From a virus (Duplodnaviria > Caudoviricetes), in the IMG/VR virus record IMGVR_UViG_3300029988_000010, positions 1-57,979 of that record: a DNA stretch of 57,979 nucleotides. One strand, given 5' to 3'. The notes beneath the pieces were generated by a model. It saw nothing but the letters and a program-made list of their open reading frames with translations, did no database searches and was not told where the DNA came from. Within the stretch, counting starts at the first letter, position 1. Every line of letters begins with the position of its first letter. Positions 8,697 through 16,729 of this stretch are shown piece after piece. Position numbers and translations under genes: made by a program.

Positions 8697-9044
8697 TCAG
8701 TCTTTCTTCCTGGTCTCGAAAATGAAGGCGCTCTGGTCGGCGCTGACGGCCATCGACATCAGCCACGCGCCATTGGCGTCGATCTCGGATACTGGGACCT
8801 CGGCTCTGCCGCCCGCGCGGTTCACGAGCACGATCAGCAGCTGCGTGCGCATGCCGTCGAGAAGGTCGGTGAGAACGTGGTTAGGGTCGGCATATTGGGT
8901 CTTGAGGGCCGTCTGGGCGTGGACGTTCGCGCCCTCGAGCGCGGCCAGATCGTTCAGGCACGCCTCGCAAAAGGTCGGGCCGCCGCACCGGGCCTTGTAG
9001 CCGTCGGCGCGGGGATAGACATGGCCATGGCCGGTGAGGTTCAT
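8697..9044 (-). CDS. Hypothetical phage protein
   Basis: GHGHVYPRADGYKARCGGPTFCEAC N-terminal motif. Confidence 0.7.
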   Translation of the reverse strand: MNLTGHGHVYPRADGYKARCGGPTFCEACLNDLAALEGANVHAQTALKTQYADPNHVLTDLLDGMRTQLLIVLVNRAGGRAEVPVSEIDANGAWLMSMAVSADQSAFIFETRKKD

Positions 9045-9703
9045 GCCGCCCTCGCCTTGGCCTGCGCCTGGGCGATCTGGTGTTCGATGATCAGCTCGGC
9101 CTGGAACTTGGTGACCGTGCTGCGATCGAGGATCACCGACAGGGTGTTGTTCTGGGCCTTGTAGCCGACCCCGCCGGCCGCCGTGGCGCCGGTGATGAAG
9201 GTTCCCTCGCCGTCGGTCGACCAGTTGGTCGAGCCCTCGCTGGCGACGCGGCCGTCGGCGACGAAGCCCTTGGTGTGGCTGATCGAATGGGTCTTGGACT
9301 GGCCGATGACGAAATGGGTGTTGAAGGCCGCCAGGTTCCGCGCCGCGTCGGCGGCGAGCAGCGCCTTTTCATGCGTCCCGCCGGCCTGGCTGAGGTCCAG
9401 GGTGATCAGCATGAGGATGTTGGGGTTGACGGTGTGGGCCATCAGGATGTCGTTCAACTCCGGATCGTCAAAGCCGAACATGTTGAGGAAAAGGCTGGTG
9501 GTCACCCGGCTGAGCAGGTGCTTGAGGATGTCGTGCACATCGTCCCGGCCGACATAGAACAGCACCACGTCGGCGCTGGCGTCCGGCGCGAAGGCCTTCT
9601 CCGGCGTGTATTGCGCCAGATCCTGCAGGGTGAAGGCCTGCAGGGTCGCGGTCGGGTCGGCGATGGCGTTGGACGCGGATAGCGCGACGGCGGTATCGGT
9701 CAT
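9041..9703 (-). CDS. Single-HKD phospholipase D family protein (Nuc-like)
   Basis: HTKGFVAD (HxKx4D) plus GSTN; start could be 9715. Confidence 0.85.
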   Translation of the reverse strand: MTDTAVALSASNAIADPTATLQAFTLQDLAQYTPEKAFAPDASADVVLFYVGRDDVHDILKHLLSRVTTSLFLNMFGFDDPELNDILMAHTVNPNILMLITLDLSQAGGTHEKALLAADAARNLAAFNTHFVIGQSKTHSISHTKGFVADGRVASEGSTNWSTDGEGTFITGATAAGGVGYKAQNNTLSVILDRSTVTKFQAELIIEHQIAQAQAKARAA

Positions 9704-9723
9704 GGATAACCCCATAGACAGGG

Positions 9724-9770
9724 CCCAAGGCCTCAAGCACCCCGGCGAAGGCCGGGGGATAGGCCTTGGG
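9724..9770 (+). repeat. CAAG bulged-hairpin element
   Basis: CCCAAGGCCT-CAAGCA-CCCCGGC GAAG GCCGGGG-GAT-AGGCCTTGGG. Confidence 0.9.
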
Positions 9771-9785
9771 ACAAAAATGTAAGGG

Positions 9786-10403
9786 CTAAACCCAGATCAG
9801 TTTTGCGGCCTTCAGCGCGGCCTTGCGGGCCGCGAGGTCGGTCAGGCCGCCGTTGACGGCGCGGGTGACGGCGACGACGTCGTCGGCGTCGGCCAGGGCG
9901 TTGCAGGCCTTGGCCAGCCAGAAATGCGCGGCGTCGGACGCGGCTACCGCCATCGAGGACGCGAGCTGATCGGGGTCGGCGAGCAGGTCGATGCCGGTGA
10001 AGACTTTTGCCTGGGCGTACCCCCCGCGAAAGGTGCGCATCAGGAAGCCGCGCCCGCGAAACCGCCAGCCGTCGCCGGTCCCGCTGCCGCCGTTGCCGTT
10101 GCGCCCGGCATAGACCAGGTTGGCCAGGGCCTGCGGATTGTGCGCGTAGGGTTGGGCGATGGCCTTGCTGAGGAAGCGGCCGGGCCAGACGCGAAGGATG
10201 TCGGCGACGCTGTAGTCCAGGTTCTCCTCGAACCGGGTGAAGCCCTCGCACTCGACGAACATCTGCGCCATCCAGTGCGCCACACGCAGCGGGGTGTCGA
10301 TCTCGCAGGCCGCCGCCTCGGGCGCGAGCACGCCGGCGAGCGTCGCCGCGTCGCAACGCGGCGCGAAAGCGGCGACGGACGCGGCGGTGATGACGGCGGT
10401 CAT
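9786..10403 (-). CDS. Endolysin, GH19 (chitinase-like)
   Basis: EENLDYS, GDGWRFRGRG and VTRAVNGG motifs. Confidence 0.9.
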   Translation of the reverse strand: MTAVITAASVAAFAPRCDAATLAGVLAPEAAACEIDTPLRVAHWMAQMFVECEGFTRFEENLDYSVADILRVWPGRFLSKAIAQPYAHNPQALANLVYAGRNGNGGSGTGDGWRFRGRGFLMRTFRGGYAQAKVFTGIDLLADPDQLASSMAVAASDAAHFWLAKACNALADADDVVAVTRAVNGGLTDLAARKAALKAAKLIWV

Positions 10404-10633
10404 TTGCTGGACGCACCCCGATCGATGATGGCGAACAGGCCAACAATCACTGGGCCGCTCAGGGTCGATATGTCGGCGACCGAAACGCCGCAACCGAGCG
10501 CGACGAGGTCGCCGACGGCGACGATGGCGATGCCATAGAGACAGAGCTTGTTGATCTCGATTGGAACCCAACGCGGTTTGGGCGCGGGCGCCGGGGTCGC
10601 GTCAATGGGCGCCGTGGGAGGCGTCGTCGGCAT
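10400..10633 (-). CDS. Putative holin
   Basis: 77 aa with two hydrophobic segments, coupled to the endolysin. Confidence 0.65.
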   Translation of the reverse strand: MPTTPPTAPIDATPAPAPKPRWVPIEINKLCLYGIAIVAVGDLVALGCGVSVADISTLSGPVIVGLFAIIDRGASSK

Positions 10634-10681
10634 GATTATCTCCGGGGTTAGACGCGCACGCCGTGCGCGAGGGTCACGGCG

Positions 10682-13600
10682 TCAGGCGCGCGCGGTGATG
10701 GTGATCTGGCCGTTGCTGCCGCCGTTGACGGCGATGGTCCCAGCGGCGCCGGTCGTATTGGTCGTGCCGCCCGTGGCCGTGCCGCCGGCGCCCGCCGCCG
10801 AGTTCGTCCCGCCGCCGCCGCCGTTGGCGGTCATCGCGGGGCTGGTGACGGTGGACGCGCCGCCGGCGGTCGCGGCGCCAATGCTTTCGTTGGTTCCGCG
10901 CACGCCCAGGCTCCAGGAAATGACGGTCGTGCCCGGCGTGACGGACAGGCCGGCATAGGTCGCGCTGCCGCCCTGGCCGCCGTCGTGGATGCTATAGGTG
11001 GTGCCGTGGATGAATTCATAGTAACAGCCGCCGTCGGCGCCGCTCAGGACGATGTCGACATGGGTATAGGAGCCGCCGGGCAGCGTGATGCTGCCGGAGC
11101 CGCCCGTGCGCGTCGCCGTAATCACGTCGCCCGGAACCGTCGATCCCGGCGCCGAAACGCTCCCGACCGTCTGGTTGGTGGCGATCACGGTGATCGAGCC
11201 GATCACCCCGTTGACCTGGTATGCCACGCCGACGTCATAGGTTTGCGCCGGGGAGACGGCGGTGATGTCGTAGGACGTGGTGGAGATCGGGTGCAGCCCG
11301 GCGGATGTCCACGCCATCCCGCCTGACACGCGATAGAAAAACGCCACGCCGGTCGCCGAGGGATTGTCCGACGCGCCGGTGATGATCAGCGCGGGGATCG
11401 ACTGCGAGGCGTTCGAGAGCGTGCCGCCGACAGCCGTCCAGGCGCTCCCGCTCGGCGCGGCGGCGCCGAGGGCGGCGGGCGTCATCGTATAGGGGTTGCA
11501 GCTGGCCAGGTCCTGGGCCGCCCGGCCCCACAGGTTGACGCTCTGGAACTTGACATAGACCGTCTGGCCGGCGGTCGGGGCGAGGTAGGGAAACTGGAAG
11601 ATCGCGTCGTCAAGCCGCACGAACGGCGCGCCAACGCTGTGGGCCGCGATCGGCGTATTCTGGAAGCCCCGCCGGATATAGGTCCCGAGCGAATAGCGGC
11701 CAGGATTGGTCAGGGTCGCGGCTTCGTAGCCGATCAGCTCCTGGTCGATCAGGCACAGGGTGCCCCCGTTGTCGACGGTCGCCAGCGAGGCGCCGGCCAG
11801 CTCGCCGCCGCTGGCGCCCAGGTCGACCCCCAGCGTGTGGCTCGTGTCCGGGTCCGTGGCGGTCGCAAGGCTGGTCGTCGCCGCGCCGAAGCGCCCGGGC
11901 GTGTTGATCGTGCCCACCTGCTGGTAGCTGGAACCGTCGACGCTGGTCCAGACGATGCAGCCGCCCCAGTAGGGACCGCCCGACACAGCCGCCCACACCT
12001 CGCCCTGCTGACCGGCCGTCAGCACCGACGGCGGGTTGAACAGGAGCGGCCCGGCGACGGCGCCCTGCGTGGCGGCGTAGTCGCCGATCGCGACACCCTG
12101 GACCAGTTGCGGCTGCGAGATGTAGAGCGCGTTCTCGCCGCTCGCGGTCCAGCTGTGCGCGCCGGCGTCGGACAGCACATCGACCGTCGCATAGAGGGCG
12201 GTCGCGGTCGGGACCTCGACGGTGATCGAAACAAGCCAGATGCCGCTGACCAGGCTTTCCACCATGGTCGCCGACAGGACGTAGGCGGAGCCTAGCACGG
12301 TGCCGGGCGTGAGGATCACGCCGGCGTTGAGATCGACCTCGATATAGCCGCCGTTGACGGCGCCGCTATCGGCCAGCGTGACCCGGGCGTTCTTGCGGAC
12401 ATCCTTCTGCAGGCAGACCCGGAAGGTGTAGTTCAATCCTTCGAAGCTGGCGATCGACTGGCTCAGGCCATGCACGCCCGCGCCGGCCGTCGCGACGATG
12501 GTCGATGCCAGCGACAGGCCGAACTGGTCGGTCGTGGAATTGGCGGTGATCGAGGCGTTGGTCTTGGTCCAGGCCGCGTTCGCCGGGCTGTCGGACCAGA
12601 GCAGCAGGTTGGCCTCGACACTGCCCGGGTCGACCAGCTGGTTGGCCAGATAGCCGGTTCCGGTCTGCATGCTGAACAGCGGCGTATTGCCGATGCCGGC
12701 CAGATAATCCTCGCAGATGAAGCTCAGGCCGTACTTCTCGTCCTCGTCGATCTGGACGATCCGCACCGGATAACCATCGAGCCCGAGTCCGGGGTCGGTG
12801 AGTTCGACCAGGTCGCCCGGCTCCAGCAGCGCATACATCCAGCCGAGCTTGAATTTGTACTGGGCCCGGACATAGAGGGTTCGCTGCAGGTAGAGCTGCG
12901 CCGCGATCGCCGCGACGTCGGGATCGCAGATCACATGGACCGTGGTCGGGTCCTGCCGGCGTTCGCCATATTGGTCGACGTTCGCGGCGTCCGAGGCCAG
13001 GGCGATGGCCATGTTGTACTGATTTGTGCGGTCCAGATATTCGAGCTGGACGACGTTATAGGCGTCGGTCTGGTCCTCGATGTCGACCTCGAGCACCGGC
13101 GCGCCGGGACTGTCCTGCACAAAGTCGTCGTCGAGCGCATAGACCGCCGCGCTCGGCGGGGTGTAGGTCTTGCCGTTGCCGGTGAGCGGCGTGTCGCCGT
13201 AGGGGATGAACTTCAGCAGGCCTTCCGACCAGACGCAGGTCGAGTTGGTGGCCAGCAGCACCTCGGTCAGAAAGTCCGACGCGCTGCGCTCCTGGTCGAT
13301 CAACGGCGACAGCACCAGGCCGGCGGCGAGGCAATAGTCCTGATACTGGGCCATCGACCCGAGCAGCCCGCTGGACGGCCACAGCGGCACGCCCGTGCGC
13401 GCGTTCTGCAAAAAGTCGGCGACGACCAGCGAGGGATCGACGTCATAGGCCCCGGACGAGGTCGCGATCGGGCCGTAGCCCGTGGTGCGGATGACCTCGA
13501 AACTGTGGTTCGGCGGCGCCGCGTCGCCATCGAGGGCGTAGTTGGAGGCGTAGACGATCGCCAGGCCCGAATAGCCGATGGCGTGGTCGGGGTGGGCGGC

Positions 13601-14050
13601 GGTCAGATAGGTCCAGACCGCCTGGCCGACGTCGCCGGTGTTCATGTTCAGCTTGGCCTGGCTCAGCGCATAGGTCGCGCCGTGGGGGCCGCTCAGGCCG
13701 CCGCCGGTCGTGGGAATGCCCTGGCCGCTCGTCGGGCCGCCGCCGTTGGTGTAGATGTTGGCGTCGACATAGACCACGTCGATGCCGTCGATCGGCCCCT
13801 CGCACACCGCCATGATGATGGTGGCGGAATAGCTGTAGCCGGTTGTCGCGCCGCCGCCCTTGCCGCCGCCCTTGCCGCCGTTCTGGGCCTTGGACGTGAA
13901 GTCCAGATAGTCCATCAGGTTGCAGGCGCAGCGGAAGGTGCCCCAGCCGAGCGGGATCTGCAGGCCCATTGACGAGGTCTGGACCTGGACGCCGGCGTAG
14001 CGGGTGATCGCGTTCGAGGCTGTCCTACCGGCCATGGAGAAGCCCACCAT
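10682..14050 (-). CDS. Tail tip / host-specificity protein (GTA-like)
   Basis: Follows DUF2163 and NlpC genes; LEPGDLV motif; Gly-rich C-terminus; start may be 14035. Confidence 0.85.
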   Translation of the reverse strand: MVGFSMAGRTASNAITRYAGVQVQTSSMGLQIPLGWGTFRCACNLMDYLDFTSKAQNGGKGGGKGGGATTGYSYSATIIMAVCEGPIDGIDVVYVDANIYTNGGGPTSGQGIPTTGGGLSGPHGATYALSQAKLNMNTGDVGQAVWTYLTAAHPDHAIGYSGLAIVYASNYALDGDAAPPNHSFEVIRTTGYGPIATSSGAYDVDPSLVVADFLQNARTGVPLWPSSGLLGSMAQYQDYCLAAGLVLSPLIDQERSASDFLTEVLLATNSTCVWSEGLLKFIPYGDTPLTGNGKTYTPPSAAVYALDDDFVQDSPGAPVLEVDIEDQTDAYNVVQLEYLDRTNQYNMAIALASDAANVDQYGERRQDPTTVHVICDPDVAAIAAQLYLQRTLYVRAQYKFKLGWMYALLEPGDLVELTDPGLGLDGYPVRIVQIDEDEKYGLSFICEDYLAGIGNTPLFSMQTGTGYLANQLVDPGSVEANLLLWSDSPANAAWTKTNASITANSTTDQFGLSLASTIVATAGAGVHGLSQSIASFEGLNYTFRVCLQKDVRKNARVTLADSGAVNGGYIEVDLNAGVILTPGTVLGSAYVLSATMVESLVSGIWLVSITVEVPTATALYATVDVLSDAGAHSWTASGENALYISQPQLVQGVAIGDYAATQGAVAGPLLFNPPSVLTAGQQGEVWAAVSGGPYWGGCIVWTSVDGSSYQQVGTINTPGRFGAATTSLATATDPDTSHTLGVDLGASGGELAGASLATVDNGGTLCLIDQELIGYEAATLTNPGRYSLGTYIRRGFQNTPIAAHSVGAPFVRLDDAIFQFPYLAPTAGQTVYVKFQSVNLWGRAAQDLASCNPYTMTPAALGAAAPSGSAWTAVGGTLSNASQSIPALIITGASDNPSATGVAFFYRVSGGMAWTSAGLHPISTTSYDITAVSPAQTYDVGVAYQVNGVIGSITVIATNQTVGSVSAPGSTVPGDVITATRTGGSGSITLPGGSYTHVDIVLSGADGGCYYEFIHGTTYSIHDGGQGGSATYAGLSVTPGTTVISWSLGVRGTNESIGAATAGGASTVTSPAMTANGGGGGTNSAAGAGGTATGGTTNTTGAAGTIAVNGGSNGQITITARA

Positions 14051-14059
14051 AGACAGGGG

Positions 14060-14146
14060 CCCAGGCCCTCAAGTAGCGAAGCGGTAGGGCCTGGGACAAA
14101 AACACAGGGGCCCAAGGCCTCAAGCAGCGAAGCGGTAGGCCTTGGG
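14060..14146 (+). repeat. Two tandem CAAG bulged-hairpin elements
   Basis: 14060-14095 and 14111-14146, each 10-bp stem-CAAG(T/C)A-GCGAAGC-GGT-stem, then ACAAAAA. Confidence 0.95.
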
Positions 14147-14158
14147 ACAAAAATGAGA

Positions 14159-14605
14159 TCACGAGGCCTTGGCCCAAAAGCTAAAATACATCCGCTCGCG
14201 GGCTTTCAGGCCCACGTCGCCATCGAGATCGCCCAGGATCACCGCGCCGTCGGGGCGGCTCGCGTGGACGATCTGCGGCCACGTCGTGACGATGGCGCCA
14301 TGGCTGAAGGCGCGGCCGAAGCGGAACAGCACCACGTCGCCGGGTTGAACCTGGTCGCGGGTGATCTCGCCGGCGAGCCTGCGGATGATCGCCAGGTAGC
14401 GCTCGACCTCGCGGTGCAGGTGCCAGTCTGGCGGATAGTCGCCGGTGTCGAATGGGGGCACCAGGCCGACATTCTCATAGATGGCCAGCACCAGCTGGGC
14501 GCAGTCGACGCCGATCCGCTTCAGCTTGGCGCGATGATGATAGGGCGTGCGCAGCCATGTGATGGCCTCGGCGACGACGGCCGCTCTACCCTCAGCCTCG
14601 GTCAT
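14159..14605 (-). CDS. NlpC/P60 tail peptidase
   Basis: WLRTPY...GVDC...PGDVVLF...HGAI. Confidence 0.9.
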   Translation of the reverse strand: MTEAEGRAAVVAEAITWLRTPYHHRAKLKRIGVDCAQLVLAIYENVGLVPPFDTGDYPPDWHLHREVERYLAIIRRLAGEITRDQVQPGDVVLFRFGRAFSHGAIVTTWPQIVHASRPDGAVILGDLDGDVGLKARERMYFSFWAKAS

Positions 14606-15489
14606 CAGACGCCGTTCCCCGTGATCGCGGGCGGCGTGAACGGCTGGCCGCGGAAGTGGATCAGGTTCGATTGCGCCGAGCAGTCGGCCATGGTCAGCAG
14701 GCAGCCGCGCGCGGCGGTGAAGGTGTCGCCGCTCGCGGGCGCATAGGGCAGCGGGAACGCCACCGACATCGCACCCGAAGCGTGGGCGTAGGCCTGCACG
14801 GCCCGGCTGACACCCTCGTTGGCGCCCGAGGTGAAGGTGATCACCCCCTTGGTGAAATAGCCGTCGGCCTCGGTCAGGTTGGTGTTGAAGGCGGTCTTGG
14901 TCGCCCCGGTCGCGACCACGCCGCTGACCGGCGACGCAGTCAGCCCGCAGTCGGCGTCGTAGTGCGTGTTGAGACACCCTGCCTGGAACACGTCCGGGCC
15001 CATGTTGACGTTCAACAGGACCGTCCAGGCCGACACTGTCATCGTGAACTTGGCCCGGGAGATATCCTTCAGCTGCGTCACCCGGCCGGAGAAGGCGATG
15101 GTCGCCCCGACGATGGTGTAGGGAAAGGACCAGTTGGCCAGGAAGCCGCGATAGAGGATCACCGTGGCGCCATCGAAGCCGCGGCCCTGGGCGAAGGGGA
15201 TCAACGGCGCACCATTGATCAGGTCATCCACCGTGGCCGAGATATTGACGTCGAGCGTCGCGACTTCCAGCCCGAGCTTGGTGGTGATCTTGCCGCGATC
15301 GATCCCTGGACCGGCCAGATAGGTGTGGCCGTTGAAGGTCAGCGGCGTGTTGATCCCGGCGCCATGCCAGTAGATCGTCGTGCCGCCATTCAGCTTGATC
15401 GCCCACAAGTCGACCATCTGGAAGTCGACGCCGCTGTCGAGCAGCGCCAGCGTCGCGCCGGAGATCCCGTTATCGATGGGCGTCTTCAT
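14605..15489 (-). CDS. DUF2163/BR0599-like tail hub protein
   Basis: C-terminal GC...C...N..HFRGQPF motif and position. Confidence 0.85.
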   Translation of the reverse strand: MKTPIDNGISGATLALLDSGVDFQMVDLWAIKLNGGTTIYWHGAGINTPLTFNGHTYLAGPGIDRGKITTKLGLEVATLDVNISATVDDLINGAPLIPFAQGRGFDGATVILYRGFLANWSFPYTIVGATIAFSGRVTQLKDISRAKFTMTVSAWTVLLNVNMGPDVFQAGCLNTHYDADCGLTASPVSGVVATGATKTAFNTNLTEADGYFTKGVITFTSGANEGVSRAVQAYAHASGAMSVAFPLPYAPASGDTFTAARGCLLTMADCSAQSNLIHFRGQPFTPPAITGNGV

Positions 15490-15491
15490 GA

Positions 15492-16718
15492 TCAGGGCCG
15501 CAGACTGGTGAATTTGAGGCTCTTGCCGGTCCACAGGGTGTTGACGACCCGGTCGAAGCTCAGGTCGTCCTGCAGGAAGCGGCAGCCGAAGTAGAAGTAG
15601 CCTGACCAGGTCAGGGCGTGGCCGGCGGCCGGGGCGGTGGCGAAGGTCACGACCCCGTTCGGTCCGATGGTATAGGCCCCGGCGGCGGACCCGTTGTCGA
15701 GGATGGTCGGGCCATAGACGCCATAGACCGCCTCGCTGAAGCTGTTGATCTGCCTCAGCAGCTGGAATGACAGGGTCGAGCCGTCGCCGGTCCCGAACGC
15801 CGCCGGGCTGGACGCCGGGACCTGGCAGTCGGTCGGGTCGACGAACAGGAAGGGTCCGAACTGGCCCTGGGCGACGTTGAAGAATTCCCACAGCAGCGCC
15901 AGATCTTCCTCGCTCGGCGCCTGCTGCAGCACACCGTAGCTGTGCTCGAACTGCCAGAGCGGCGACGGCCAGTAGCTGGTGCGCCGCTCGCGGCCCGAGG
16001 CGGTGCGGATCACCTCGGTCGACCACATCGGCGCCTTGGTCACCTTGGGCGAGCGCCCAGGGAGCCAGGGGAGCACCGGCAAGCCGGCGACGCCGCCCCA
16101 GATGCCGGGATCGGCCGCGGCCGCCGTCGCCACATAGGCGCCCGGCGTCCCGCCCGGCTCGAGCTGGGCGCCGCAGATCAGGATGCTTTCGGTGCCGGCG
16201 GCCGAATATGACACCGTCCCGGCGGCGTTGCAGACGTAGGTCGTGCACTCCCAGGTATCGACCGACGGGTCCTGCAGGCCGATCGAGAACCGGAACCAGC
16301 CCGATCCTTCGGGAAACTCCTCGGCCGCGACATTGGCGACCGCGCCGGAGGTCGTCAGCCCGGTGATCGCGCCGGTGGACAGATTGAGGGTCGCGTAGGC
16401 GAAGACCGCGCCGCTGGTGTCGCCGAGCTTCAGGACGACATAGCCGACCGATCCGGCCTTGACGTAGCGGCTGAAGGTATAGGCGAGCGCGGGCTCCTGG
16501 ACGGTGACGGCCTGGAAGTCCGCATGCAACGCGCCGCCGGCCGCCGCCGTCATCGTCTGCGCCGTCGAGCCGCCGAAGGGGTCGGTCGAGCCGGACGCGC
16601 TGTCGGCGGCGCCGCTCTTGGTCCAGGCGGCGTCCGTCCCGTCGTTCGAATAGGTCAGCAGGTTCCCACGCGGCAGCTGGGTCAGCGCGTTCGGCGGATT
16701 GAAGGGGGTGATGGTCAA
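15492..16718 (-). CDS. DUF2460-like distal tail protein with added N-terminal beta domain
   Basis: SGRERR, FLFVDP, GTGDG and CRF motifs; follows the tape measure. Confidence 0.8.
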   Translation of the reverse strand: MTITPFNPPNALTQLPRGNLLTYSNDGTDAAWTKSGAADSASGSTDPFGGSTAQTMTAAAGGALHADFQAVTVQEPALAYTFSRYVKAGSVGYVVLKLGDTSGAVFAYATLNLSTGAITGLTTSGAVANVAAEEFPEGSGWFRFSIGLQDPSVDTWECTTYVCNAAGTVSYSAAGTESILICGAQLEPGGTPGAYVATAAAADPGIWGGVAGLPVLPWLPGRSPKVTKAPMWSTEVIRTASGRERRTSYWPSPLWQFEHSYGVLQQAPSEEDLALLWEFFNVAQGQFGPFLFVDPTDCQVPASSPAAFGTGDGSTLSFQLLRQINSFSEAVYGVYGPTILDNGSAAGAYTIGPNGVVTFATAPAAGHALTWSGYFYFGCRFLQDDLSFDRVVNTLWTGKSLKFTSLRP

Positions 16719-16729
16719 GGTTTGTCCCG

